From a virus, in the IMG/VR virus record IMGVR_UViG_3300046059_000013: 21,588 nucleotides of DNA; one strand, given 5' to 3'. Positions 1 to 10,069 of the stretch are shown here, piece after piece. The notes under the pieces are model-generated. The model worked only from the letters and a program-made list of their open reading frames with translations, did no database searches and was not told the DNA's origin. How positions within the stretch are numbered: position 1 is the first letter of the stretch; each line of letters starts with the position of its first letter. Position numbers and translations under genes: made by a program.

Positions 1-117
1 ATGCGAAAACTTCGGACGGTGAGTAACGTTGATTGACAAGAAAGCAAAGCTGGAAGCCTATTTGGAGAAAGCTCACGCTGAGAGTAGTTTTGACCCCGTT
101 ACCGGGAAGTAGAATAA

Positions 118-300
118 ATGGTTGACTTCGTAGACGTTGCTAGCGTTGTCTTGTTCGCCTCTATTATTCTCTTTCTACCCACCCTCGTCTTAACTATGAC
201 CGTTAATGTGTTCAACAATTGGCTATTTCCTTTCCTTGTCATTTCGTCGCTGTTGCTGTTAGTCTTTCTCTTGTTTTGGCCCGAAGTTTCTGGAGAGTGA
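118..300 (+). CDS. small membrane protein (2 predicted TM helices)
   Basis: 60 aa, two long hydrophobic runs; 4 nt from next ORF. Confidence 0.65.
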   Translation: MVDFVDVASVVLFASIILFLPTLVLTMTVNVFNNWLFPFLVISSLLLLVFLLFWPEVSGE

Positions 301-304
301 AAAC

Positions 305-709
<405 letters not shown>

Positions 710-711
710 CA

Positions 712-912
712 ATGGGTGACGAACTGTCAGGTGCCGAGTTGGAAATTATTGAGTATGCAGCCGAGGAAGCAAAAGCGAAAATGGACGCTATTGACACGAA
801 CAGGACTAGGGGCAGAATGGCGAGGATGTTCACTCAAAAAGTAACGCCGGAGCGGATTCTGCGCCTCGTTGACGAAGTGCGTCGGCGACGCGAAGAGGAT
901 GACTATGACTGA
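712..912 (+). CDS. single-repeat paralog of the Ead/Ea22-like family
   Basis: ATG 712; LSGAELEIIEYAAEEA...VTPERILRLVDEVRRRR aligns with both repeats of the upstream ORF. Confidence 0.75.
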   Translation: MGDELSGAELEIIEYAAEEAKAKMDAIDTNRTRGRMARMFTQKVTPERILRLVDEVRRRREEDDYD

Positions 913-1096
913 AGATTTGACCGCCAAGCAACTGGAAAACGTTGAACGCGCGGCAGAGAAAGCTCGAAGAACCACGAGATTCCCGGACTTTATTCACCGA
1001 TTATCGTTGGCAAATTTGCCCGTGACGATTTCGAGAAAAGAAGCGAAAAGACGAGCCGAAATAGTGGTTGAAGAAGAAGATGAAGAAGAGCGATGA
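905..1096 (+). CDS. divergent paralog (N-terminal half of the same repeat)
   Basis: MTEDLTAKQLENVERAAEKA; overlaps both neighbours. Confidence 0.6.
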   Translation: MTEDLTAKQLENVERAAEKARRTTRFPDFIHRLSLANLPVTISRKEAKRRAEIVVEEEDEEER

Positions 1097-1437
1097 CAAC
1101 AAGTAGCCTCCAAAGTGCCACCTGGCGCTGGCTGAACGCCAAACTGCGCAACATCGTGCAGGACGCCCCCTGCAAGTGCGGGCACCCCTTCCACGAACAC
1201 CACGTTGTGTATTGGACTGACGGCGGGATGCGGGCGATGGAGTGCGAGCACTACGGTACTAACACGTGGGGCGGATTGAAGCCCACAAAGGAGACAATAG
1301 AGTTGGACCGTTCCACGCGCAAGGGGTGGCTCGAAACCGAGTGGGAAGAGCATTGTGCAAGGTTTTCGTTCGCCAAGCCCTGGCACAAGCTCGCCTATTG
1401 GTTGTGGGAGCGCACTCACGCGCGCCAATACCAGTAA
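1093..1437 (+). CDS. hypothetical Cys/His metal-binding protein
   Basis: ATGA overlap; CKCGHPFHEH motif with later Cys/His. Confidence 0.75.
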   Translation: MTTSSLQSATWRWLNAKLRNIVQDAPCKCGHPFHEHHVVYWTDGGMRAMECEHYGTNTWGGLKPTKETIELDRSTRKGWLETEWEEHCARFSFAKPWHKLAYWLWERTHARQYQ

Positions 1438-1477
1438 TAGAAAAATTGAAAACCTGGAAGCCCGTTCCCCACTCCTG

Positions 1478-1795
1478 ATGAGCAGCGACATCGACTGGGA
1501 AGCACGCTACCAAGCCCTGCACAACGACGCAAGCGAACTACTACGACACCTCGACAAGAACACCAAGAACCACAAAGAAAACTTTGACTTCTACGCAGAG
1601 CGCGCGAAGGAAGCGCAAAGCGACCTCTGTTCACGACACGCGAACAAGACGGAAGAACTCTACGGCAGGTACATCGTTTTCAGCACTACGGCCACAACTC
1701 TTGCCCGCATCCTCGAGCGCGACCACCCATCCCACGACCTCCTCAAAGAACAACACGACGAAGACAAGGAAGAAAATATTGAGCAAACTCAGTAA
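1478..1795 (+). CDS. hypothetical helical protein
   Basis: ATG 1478 (MSSDIDWEARY); protein-like composition, acidic tail. Confidence 0.65.
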   Translation: MSSDIDWEARYQALHNDASELLRHLDKNTKNHKENFDFYAERAKEAQSDLCSRHANKTEELYGRYIVFSTTATTLARILERDHPSHDLLKEQHDEDKEENIEQTQ

Positions 1796-1837
1796 AGCCA
1801 ACACGACCAACCCACCCACCCCTTTGCCCTTCCCCGC

Positions 1838-2373
1838 CTCAACCTTGGCTGCGGCAACGACATACGCCCGGATGGCTCAACGTGGACAAGCACGAGCCCG
1901 AAAACGTCGCCAACATCGACCCCATGGGCATGGAAGAATACAGGTACATGGTTCAGAGGCCCAAGGCGTTCCTCCAACACGACGTGGACAACGGGCTCAA
2001 CGCGCTCGGAAACCGCAACTTCTCGCTCATCCTCCTCGACAACTCGCTCGAGCACTTCGACACCCCGCCCGACGAAGTGCTGCGAGACGTGCACGCGCTC
2101 GCCAACAAGCACGCGGAAGTCGTTGTTCGCGTCCCGCACCGGGACAGCCCCGATGCGTGCCAGGTCAACCATCGCTGGTTGTTCGACGAGCACAGCCTCA
2201 AACCGTTGACTCGTGAGACGAACGGCCTAGACAGCGGCGCCTTGTTTCATGTTAAAGATGTGCGGGTGAAGCATCGGCACCCGTTCGCCTGGCACCAGCG
2301 CGAGCACCTGGACCGCGAAGTCATGGCATGGGGGAAGCAAGGCGTTGAATGGCGATTGGAGGCATTACCGTGA
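1838..2373 (+). pseudogene. class I SAM-dependent methyltransferase-like gene, frameshifted near 1867
   Basis: LNLGCGNDIR (from 1838) lies in a different frame from PGWLNVD...SLEHF..EVLRDVHAL...VRVPH; one extra C in the run at 1867 joins them; no clear start codon. Confidence 0.7.
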
Positions 2374-2570
2374 GCAAGCTGGCGAGCGTTGTCGCGTCCT
2401 GGTCTGGTCCAATTTTCCTGGCTTGCGTGTTCGCGCTTGGCTGGCTGGCTGGAGCAGGAACAATCGTAGGCCCTCAGGGAGAGCCCCACTTCTTGCCTCC
2501 AATCGTTTTTGGTATTCTCTCGTTGTCGGTGTTCCTGGTTTCCATGTCAGGGTTGGTCAACTTTGAGTAG
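2370..2570 (+). CDS. small membrane protein (2 TM)
   Basis: GTGA overlap with upstream stop; two hydrophobic segments. Confidence 0.65.
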   Translation: MSKLASVVASWSGPIFLACVFALGWLAGAGTIVGPQGEPHFLPPIVFGILSLSVFLVSMSGLVNFE

Positions 2571-2624
2571 TGGAATCGTAGTCTTCAGCGGTGCGGAAAA
2601 GCAGAACCTCGGGAAGCTGGAAGC

Positions 2625-2953
2625 GTGACTTTCTTCGACTCCCTGGTTGTCTTCCTCCTAGGCGGTGCGCTCGGAGTTATCTTGAACGGTTTCTTCATGG
2701 AACTTAACGAGGTTCAACCCCTGTTGGAGGAGTTGTTCGAGACGAGGAAGGACCTTGTGCAAAAGGCGCCGCCGGTCACGTGCGAGTGCGAGGAGTGCGG
2801 CAAGGACCTCGTGAAAATTTTTGAGGAGGTGCCGGTCCGCGAGTTTCGTAGCACCTTGAAGAGGGTGCCCGACCTTGTCTGGGTTCACAGGGACACGGGA
2901 GGAAGTCGTGCGGGTTTGAGGCAACGTGCAAGCGCGAAGGAGGAAGCGAATAG
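2625..2953 (+). CDS. membrane-anchored CxxC protein, probably frameshifted near 2898
   Basis: N-terminal TM, CECEEC; WVHRDTG continues plausibly as RKSCGFEATCK..* (TAG 2951-2953) in another frame. Confidence 0.5.
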
Positions 2954-3216
2954 TGCAAGAGTTGTTCACAGTCAAGTGCGTGGATTGCTTTCACGAGACG
3001 ATTGTTAGCAAGAGTGAGTGGGAAACTTTCATGAAGACGCCCGGCGGGAAGACGGAGTGCGCCGCGTGCGGTTCCTCGAACGTTGCGTACGAGGGCACGA
3101 TGCGGTATGCTCGGCTTGAGTTGTTCGAGCGACTGGTCGAACTGGGCCGAGAGCTTGTCACCTCGTTGCCATGTTTCAGGCCCGACGTCGAGGAGGGGCT
3201 GGAGGGAGAGGAGTAA
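2953..3216 (+). CDS. zinc-ribbon protein
   Basis: GGAGG then GTG 2953; CVDC...CAACGSSNV. Confidence 0.75.
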   Translation: MQELFTVKCVDCFHETIVSKSEWETFMKTPGGKTECAACGSSNVAYEGTMRYARLELFERLVELGRELVTSLPCFRPDVEEGLEGEE

Positions 3217-3513
3217 CCTAGGGCTGGCGGGCGTCGAGGACAGACTCGGCAAGAAATGCCCGGGTGCGGGGTTGAACCGTTTCCGGGCTTGCGTCATAAG
3301 CGAGACGCAGGCAACGACGGGTCACGAGGAAACCGCGGCGGCCTGGCCTCGTCGTTGCCAAGAGGCTTAACCCGGTTGAGTGTTTTGGATGGTTGGCTCA
3401 CCGCGCAAGACGGAGCGAGACTGGAAAACGTTTGCTCAAACCGTTTTCAACCGGGTTTCAACCGCCTCCCAACAACCTTATCAAACTGGAAGCCGTTGCC
3501 CTGCCCCAGCATC

Positions 3514-3767
3514 ATGCCGGAAACCCGCACGACGCCCACCTATCCCAAGGAGCCCAACAACGAAAACGCCAACGTCAACGCCAACCCCTTCCCCGGCAAG
3601 CTGCAAGTCGAAATCACCAACGAGCACATCCAAAGGGCGTCCCGGCCGGTGTCCGTGTCAAGGTCTCGGGTCCTCGCCAGCTCAGCGATCACGAGGTCAA
3701 GGAACTGAAAGAAGTGGGGAGCCATCACAAGGACGCGCTCGAAAAACTGGAAGAACTAAGAGGGTAA
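3514..3767 (+). CDS. hypothetical protein, apparent frameshift near 3630
   Basis: MPETRTT..LQVEITNEHI joins PKGVPAGVRVKVSG..LEELRG* with one added base; ends 3 nt before next ATG. Confidence 0.5.
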
Positions 3768-3770
3768 AGA

Positions 3771-4040
3771 ATGCCTAGCCTTTGCCGGTTCCAAATCCCG
3801 TTTACTGGAAAGTGCGGCGAGCACGGCACACTCAAAGCCGTGCGCCCCTGGAAAGAGATAGTGTACCCTGAAAGTGCGGAACCGCCCGTCGAAGCCGTCG
3901 AGGACGGACTTTGCGAATACCATTTATCGCTCGACTGCGCGGTGTGCGGCGCACAAGCCACCAAATTGTGCGACTATACTAGGGGGTTGGTGTGTGGGAT
4001 GCCCCTGTGCGACGAGCACGACAGATGCCCAACCCACTAA
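3771..4040 (+). CDS. Cys-rich zinc-finger protein (B-box-like C-terminus)
   Basis: CAVCGAQATKLCD...CGMPLCDEH plus an N-terminal C..C..LCEYH set. Confidence 0.75.
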   Translation: MPSLCRFQIPFTGKCGEHGTLKAVRPWKEIVYPESAEPPVEAVEDGLCEYHLSLDCAVCGAQATKLCDYTRGLVCGMPLCDEHDRCPTH

Positions 4041-4108
4041 AGTGCATCTTTTGCGGCAAGCGCATCAAGGTTAAAGTCACGATAATAGAAGAAGAAGGAG
4101 GAGATAAG

Positions 4109-4684
4109 ATGGAGTACAGCCACGAAGACGACATCGAACACCTACAAGACATCGCCGAAGCCACAGACAACGACGAGCACACCCGACACCTCAACAGAAT
4201 CGCGCACAGACTCAACGTTCTCCAAGACTTCAAACAATCACACCAGAAAGCCCAAAGCGTCCTCGGCCACCCAGGAACAGACGCACTAGAAGAAATCACA
4301 GGAAAACAAGAAGCCACACTAGCGAACATCGCCGACTACCACCTGAAGCTTCTCCGCCAAACCCAATGGCTCAGCAACCGCCGACGCATCTTCATCGAGA
4401 AGCTCCACGACCGCATCGTCAAACCCCACCTCTTCAACGAAGAGCCTGAGGAAACCGCCAGGCAGGTGATGGACGAGCACGCGGAAGCCCGAACCCTGCT
4501 CCGAGAGCATCACCCCGAGCCCTGGAAGAACGTGCTCGACTGGATGAGCGAGGCCCTGCTCTGCCTGGACGACCTGGGCGCCTGCAACAACCCGGACTGC
4601 GAGGAGTGCCCCCGCGTCCTGCCCCGCGGAATCACGCTCTACAACCAAATCACCATCGACCAGGAGGCACCCCTGGATGCCTAA
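4109..4684 (+). CDS. hypothetical protein with C-terminal CNNPDCEEC motif
   Basis: GGAGGAG before ATG 4109 (alternative in-frame ATG 4025). Confidence 0.75.
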   Translation: MEYSHEDDIEHLQDIAEATDNDEHTRHLNRIAHRLNVLQDFKQSHQKAQSVLGHPGTDALEEITGKQEATLANIADYHLKLLRQTQWLSNRRRIFIEKLHDRIVKPHLFNEEPEETARQVMDEHAEARTLLREHHPEPWKNVLDWMSEALLCLDDLGACNNPDCEECPRVLPRGITLYNQITIDQEAPLDA

Positions 4685-4929
4685 GCATTCCCAGCACTAC
4701 GAGCACGTAAACTACCCCACCCTACTCGCTCACGTCGCTCGCTCCTTGAGGCCGGAGGCTCCGCCTCGAATATGCTGAGGAGGAGGTGAATTGGGAGGAC
4801 GTCGACGTGCACCCCTACACGGAAATCCTTGCAGCCATCGCAAAGAAGAGGAGAGAACACGTGCTCAGCGAGGTTGAGCCTTTGCCGGTGACGGTGGACG
4901 AGGATGTGGAGCCGCGCGTGGAGAAGTGA
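4677..4929 (+). pseudogene. hypothetical ORF broken by about two frameshifts
   Basis: MPKHSQHYEH.. overlaps upstream stop; protein-like LRLEYAEEEVNWEDVDVHPY..VEK* is in another frame. Confidence 0.4.
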
Positions 4930-7050
4930 ACAAGGTCAACGGTAGCCAAGGGGGCTTCCCCTCGCCCCGCTTTCGTAAGGTTTTTGTGCTTGGGGCTTGT
5001 TGGGGGGAGTGGCGCCGGGCCCAGGCACCGACTTTCCACGCTCCACACGCTTCGCGTCTGTACCGTTGGGCTCGGCGCCACCCCCACCACGTTCACAAAG
5101 TTGTCAACACGGTTTGTGGTGAAACAACGCGCAATAAAACCCGAAACCCGAAAACCACGCGCCGCCAGTGACACGCTTCACTTCTTCGCGGGGTGCGGGG
5201 TGCGGGGTGGGGTTGAGGGCAACACGAGGCCCCACGAATAGTTTAGAGCAATTAACAGCGCGGTTAAAAGCAATTTAAGAGCACACGCGCGGCCCCTGGC
5301 AACAAGGGGAAGGGGGACGTGAAACACAGAAAAAGGGAATTGGGGGCCCTCCCGGTTTTGTTGTGTGTATATGTGCTCTTATGTTTATCTTCTTTTGGGG
5401 TTTGGCTTGGTGCTCTATTTTCGGTTTTGTTTGTGTGTTGTGTTTTTGGTTAGAGGGGTTGTGTCCGCGTTGGGTTTGTGTTAGGGGGGTTGTGTGGGTT
5501 TTGTGTTAGTGTTTTGTTGTGGTCTTTGTTGTTGGTAAATGTGTGGTGGTGTTTCCCGGTTAGAGGTTTGCGCGTGGGGTTCTGGTTAGCGCCAAGCCGT
5601 GCAACCCGCAAGGATGGGCGCGTTGGGGCTTCTTGCGGGTTCGCGGCCGTTTTCACCGGTTTGTGGGGTGCTACCCCTACCCCTGGGGGCGGAGATGGGC
5701 GGTGAAAGTGGGTGTGAGTTTTTGCAAGGTTGTCGAGTTTTTGTTAGAAGGGCTCTAGCGGGTGTGGTGGGGGCGATGGGGCGTGTAAAGTGTTTGCATC
5801 ATGGTAGTGTTGTGAAGTTCGATGCGTCAAACCGTTGCGAGTTTGGTCGAAGTGGTTTGAGGTGGGGTCGAATCACGCCTTGAAGCGCCAATCCCCACCC
5901 GCGCTGGGGCCTCTAACCCCGTATTGGCGTTAGAAGCCTCAACGCGGGAAGACGTGGGCGCGTTGGTGGTCTCATGGGGTGGGGTCGGTGAAAGCACGCC
6001 ACGCAAAAACGAGTAATGGGCGGTAGAAGGCTTCTAGCGCCCAGTTTTTACTTTCAATCAACCCTGCGAAGATTATAAGGCATATCAGCTATCTAGGTTG
6101 TCTCGAAGCGGGCGCCCTCACGGGCCCCGCACCGGTCCGGGGGCCAGCCATCCCGGGCCCGCGGCCCCGCCCACGCGCGGGGCCCAAAACGCCACGAGCC
6201 ACCGGCGCGGGCGATGAGCGCCCGCGCGCCCCGTCGCGATGACCCACGGGCCCACCGCCCCCGCCACGCGCGAGGGCCGGGCCCGCTAGGACGCGAGCGG
6301 CACCACAGGCGCGCGCGCGGTGACGCCCGACACGGTCCCAGATCGCCGTCTCTGGAGAGGCCTGACGCCCTGGCGCACGCCCCCCGAGCGCGGGGGCCGC
6401 GCCCGCCCAGCGCAACGCGCGACACCCCGCTCCACCGTCGCCATCATGCCGACCCCAGGGAGACGCGAGGCCCGATCTAGCGTCCGAGCCCCGCCACGCA
6501 CCCGCCATGAGGGCCACCGGCTAGCGACAGGGATCGCATCCGTCACAGGCCACTGGAGGGCATGGGATCGCGCGAGCACGGGACTGGAGGCCCCCGAGCG
6601 GGGACCCCCACGGGCGCGGCCGAACAGGCCGCGACGCGACGATCCGCGACGCCCGCCCACGCGCGCGCGCATGTAATAAGGCACGCGCGCGGGGAGCATC
6701 GCCCAATGCCCGACCCAAACGCCCGGCGCCGAAGCCGCGCCACCCCCCGCCGATTTTAAGGCGGCAAGAGCATGAAAACGTAACTGCCAGAGAAGAGGGA
6801 TCAAACCCAAGGAGGGACTTAAAAACCCTCCGGCGGTGCAAGACCTGGACCAGCGAACAGTTGGACCAGGCATGAAACAAATCATAGCTCTCTCGAACAG
6901 AGAGACGCCTCCCCGAACCGTGGGGCCGAAACCGCTCGGAACCAAACCGAACGAAACCGGCCCCACCTCCTATTTAAACCCGCGCGGGCACCCCCCGCGC
7001 AGGGAATCAGGAGAAACGTTTCAATTTGAGAGAGAAAGAGAGGGAACGCC
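4930..7050. other. long non-coding control region (origin, genome end or early promoter region)
   Basis: only low-complexity shadow ORFs; G/T-rich ~5350-6000, very GC-rich ~6100-6750, A/C-rich ~6770-7050; repeated GTTAGA(A)G and CTAGCG motifs. Confidence 0.65.
6066..6080 (+). promoter_or_regulatory. possible archaeal BRE-TATA element
   Basis: GCGAAGATTATAAGG; other AT islands in GC-rich context at ~6753 (ATTTTAAG), ~6818 (CTTAAAAA), 6971 (TATTTAAA). Confidence 0.3.
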
Positions 7051-7395
7051 ATGAACATTAGCAAGCTACGAGAAAAATACCCCGACCCCGTAACGCTCAC
7101 GCACGCCCAACAACAAAACAAGAACAGGGACGAAACCTTCCACGAAACCTGCAACCGCGAAAACCTCTACTGCATAGCTGGAACCCTAACCAGCCTCCCA
7201 TTCCCCAGCATTGGCCTCGTCACCGCAACCATCATGAGCGAGGCCAACCAAGACCAAAACAGAGCCCGCGAACACGCAAAACGCATCCTAGAACAAAACG
7301 ACCAGGGCCACTTCGAAGAAGCGTGGAACACGCTGAGAAGCGCGCTGAACCCCGAGGACGAACCCAGCAACCACCAAGGAGATGAACAAGCATGA
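7051..7395 (+). CDS. hypothetical protein
   Basis: purine-rich RBS, ATGA overlap with next gene. Confidence 0.75.
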   Translation: MNISKLREKYPDPVTLTHAQQQNKNRDETFHETCNRENLYCIAGTLTSLPFPSIGLVTATIMSEANQDQNRAREHAKRILEQNDQGHFEEAWNTLRSALNPEDEPSNHQGDEQA

Positions 7396-7661
7396 CCCGA
7401 ATTGAAACCATCGAAAAGCACAAACACGAGTTCGATGTCAACAACGTTCTCCAAGTCGCCCGCAAAGTCGCGCGCGACGAGGACGGGAACAGCACGGAGT
7501 TCATCGCGCTGACGCGCGGGTACATCGACGCACAGGGCTCGCGGCGGTACAAGACGAACCTGACCCTGCCGCCGGACGCCGAGCTGCTCGCGTTCCTGGA
7601 GGACAAGATTGGCCGGGTTTGCCGCATCGAAGATGAGAAGCAAGAGGTTGAAGACTCATGA
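7392..7661 (+). CDS. small conserved protein, possible PC4-like nucleic-acid-binding fold
   Basis: NNVLQVARK...EFIALTRGY...RYKTNLTLP: several beta strands then a helix; recalled similarity to an uncharacterised archaeal family (unverified). Confidence 0.7.
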   Translation: MTRIETIEKHKHEFDVNNVLQVARKVARDEDGNSTEFIALTRGYIDAQGSRRYKTNLTLPPDAELLAFLEDKIGRVCRIEDEKQEVEDS

Positions 7662-7891
7662 CAACGCCGGATTTGGCGAGCATGGCAAGGACTCTAGTGC
7701 GCCGTGACTTGACAACGGGAACCGGCATCTGGAAGCCCCCGAACTCGAGCCGCGTCATCGTGCACATTCTCCCGGGCAACCTGGACGAGGCGGATCGTGT
7801 GGCGGCTCGGAACGGGTACGAGAGGGTGGATGACGAGTTGGACCGGCGAACGTTCAAGCCCATGAACGAGAACGCGGTGGAGGATTCTTGA
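7658..7891 (+). CDS. hypothetical protein
   Basis: ATGA overlap, GAGG RBS. Confidence 0.7.
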   Translation: MTTPDLASMARTLVRRDLTTGTGIWKPPNSSRVIVHILPGNLDEADRVAARNGYERVDDELDRRTFKPMNENAVEDS

Positions 7892-8254
7892 TGAAGTGGA
7901 ATGATGAAATGTCGTTGGATCGGTTTTGCGTGTGTTTGGTGTATGAGAGGCCGGGCGGAGGTTTGGGTGTGACTTCGCCGGAGGGGGTTTGCGATGCGAG
8001 TGGTGTGGCGTGGGCGAAGGCCAGGCACCGGCAGGAGCGGGTTCGACCCTAGAGTGGTCGGTGTTGTACGGGAGCGGGCTTCTAGCGGGGCGTGTTAGAG
8101 GCGTTGTGGGCCTGTGGTTTGGGCTCAAGAGAGCGGTGTTGTTTTATGTGGGTTCCAGTTCAAAAGAACAAGGCTTTCAAGGTTGATACGAATGGATGCG
8201 AAAACCACAAGAGCACTACTCGAAACCAAACTAAAGGAAAGGAGCAGAAACAAA

Positions 8255-8490
8255 ATGAACACCACGAACAAGAACAAGAACAAGAACAAGACTACGCCCG
8301 CAAGCACGACCACGAAAACCCCCGCAGGAGTGCGCACGTGACCCTGACCATCACCACGATCACGAACGGGCGCAACCTGGACGGCCCCCAACTCCGCAAG
8401 GACGTGCCCGAGTTCACCGCGCGCGAGCGCCTGGCCCTGCGAACCCAGTTCAAGCGCGCCGCCAACGCCGAAACCCCGAACCCAAAGTAA
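8255..8490 (+). CDS. hypothetical protein with (NK)n tract, probable frameshift near 8320
   Basis: AAGGAG then ATG 8255; protein-like AHVTLTITT..ERLALRTQFKRA is in another frame. Confidence 0.45.
8266..8289 (+). repeat. (GAACAA)4 tandem repeat
   Basis: read directly. Confidence 0.9.
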
Positions 8491-8575
8491 GGTAACAAGC
8501 CACATCGCGCCCAAAATCGAAGACGAAACCCTGTAAGGTAACCCGTGACCAAGACACAAGAAGAGGACTACAACC

Positions 8576-8977
8576 ATGAACAATTATCCAACGTGCAACG
8601 AACGAATCAACGACGCCTGGCAAACCCGCCGAACAGACCTGGAGAACATTCTTGACGGAGACATCGACCGCGCTCCCGTTGAGAGTCTCGAGGACTATGG
8701 GCTTGCCTTCGACTACGTGCCCAGCAGCCGCGAAGAGAACCGTGCGGGGTATTGGAGATACCAGTTCAGCACCGGCGGCCCCCAAGAAGAACTACGCTGG
8801 TACACCGACCCGAGCGGGGAGATCGTGGACGCCGGGTTCTGGCTCCTCGATTGGTTCGATGGAGCCAGCATGAATGTTAGTGAAGATGAGGTGGTGGAGC
8901 GTGTGCTTGACCGGTTCCGCTGCATGGGCGTTGTGAGCCCGGAAAAGGCGCGGGACGAGGCGAAGTCGTTACTATGA
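8576..8977 (+). CDS. phage-type hypothetical protein (xGGP motif)
   Basis: GAGGA RBS; GYWRYQFSTGGPQEELR...DWFDGA. Confidence 0.85.
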   Translation: MNNYPTCNERINDAWQTRRTDLENILDGDIDRAPVESLEDYGLAFDYVPSSREENRAGYWRYQFSTGGPQEELRWYTDPSGEIVDAGFWLLDWFDGASMNVSEDEVVERVLDRFRCMGVVSPEKARDEAKSLL

Positions 8978-9031
8978 ACCGCTACAGGCAAGGAAACGTG
9001 AACCGATGCAACGTTGCGAGGAGTAAAATCC

Positions 9032-9425
9032 ATGAGTAGCAAGAGAACCAAGATCGAAGACTATTCTCTCTCGACGAGGCGAAGAAGCGCGATTGTGAAC
9101 ACCGACTTTTTCCGGGACCCTATTGGTTGCGCCGTGCGGACCACGGAAGCCATTCAAGAGGAGGCAAACGTGAGCGCTGCGCCCGAGTCGATTCTCGTGG
9201 CTGAACTCGTGGACCGTTGCGACGCCGCACGCGGCGACGCCATGAAAGCCGTGCGTCGGGCTGTGATGGATGGGTTCCAGGTTCGCACGCCTGAAGGATT
9301 GACGGTGCCGGATTCGGCGCAAACCTAGCAAGAGGGGAGTGATTGTGTTGGAACGTTGGATTCGAGTCGACGCGAGTAAGGAGTTGCACTTATGCGAAGT
9401 TATCAAGGACGAGGTGACGCCTTGA
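9032..9425 (+). CDS. hypothetical protein; stops at 9328 as written, probably continues to 9425 via frameshift
   Basis: GAGGAG RBS; removing one C near 9308 gives LTVRIRRKPSKRGVIVLERW..EVTP*, coupled (TGATG) to next gene. Confidence 0.55.
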
Positions 9426-9598
9426 TGCGACAGAGTCGTCGGGCTAACGCTGTGTTGGCGCTGGCCAGGTACTTGCTTGGGCGAGCGCTTGAGGAGTCCA
9501 AGCAGGGCAACGAGGAAGCGGCCGTGAAGATAGTGAATGGGTACGAGGCGGACGTAGAGCCCATTATCGACCAGGTACGCGACAAGAAGAGGAGGTAG
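9425..9598 (+). CDS. small hypothetical protein
   Basis: GAGGTGA RBS, TGATG start. Confidence 0.6.
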   Translation: MRQSRRANAVLALARYLLGRALEESKQGNEEAAVKIVNGYEADVEPIIDQVRDKKRR

Positions 9599-9604
9599 TG
9601 AATC

Positions 9605-9925
9605 ATGACAACATCGAGAACGCTGAGCGAAAAGTACAACGTGAGCTACGAGCGACTGCCCGAGCACATGCAGGCTGGTGCTCGCAGGTACATCGAGCAG
9701 GGCATTCCCCCGGGAGGGTTCCTGGAAGCGGTCTTGGCGAATGACCTTGTCGGTGCGTTTGCTAGGGCAGATGAGGTGAATCGGGGCGCGATGCGGGCTT
9801 GGACGCTGTGGCTGTACAACGACATTCCAAGCAGCGCCTGGGGAGACCCTAGCATGGTTGACGAGTGGATGGAGCAGGGCGGCCTCGAAGGTCGTAATGT
9901 TGAGAAGGGGAGTGGTGGGTCGTGA
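9605..9925 (+). CDS. conserved phage hypothetical protein
   Basis: GGAGGT RBS; LPEHMQ..RYIEQGIPPGGFLEAVLANDL..A..RAD..N motif recalled from viral metagenome proteins. Confidence 0.85.
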   Translation: MTTSRTLSEKYNVSYERLPEHMQAGARRYIEQGIPPGGFLEAVLANDLVGAFARADEVNRGAMRAWTLWLYNDIPSSAWGDPSMVDEWMEQGGLEGRNVEKGSGGS

Positions 9926-10068
9926 AGATTTCGCCGCACTTGGACCAGACGCAGGGTCGGCGCGAGTGCGCGGAGTGCGGCAACCCTATCCTCAAGGACG
10001 AGGATGATGGTGGTGCAGACGCGTGCTGGGCTTGCCAAGACGATGATGATGGTGGGGGAGGTGGGTAG
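9922..10068 (+). CDS. 48-aa zinc-finger micro-protein
   Basis: GTGA overlap; CAECGNP...CWAC; below ORF-track cutoff. Confidence 0.65.
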   Translation: MKISPHLDQTQGRRECAECGNPILKDEDDGGADACWACQDDDDGGGGG

Positions 10069-10069
10069 C

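Noticed and set aside
5450-7054. Many ORFs on both strands in the non-coding region
   Set aside because: Arg/Gly/Pro/Ala low-complexity translations expected from extreme GC or skew; no RBS or coupling
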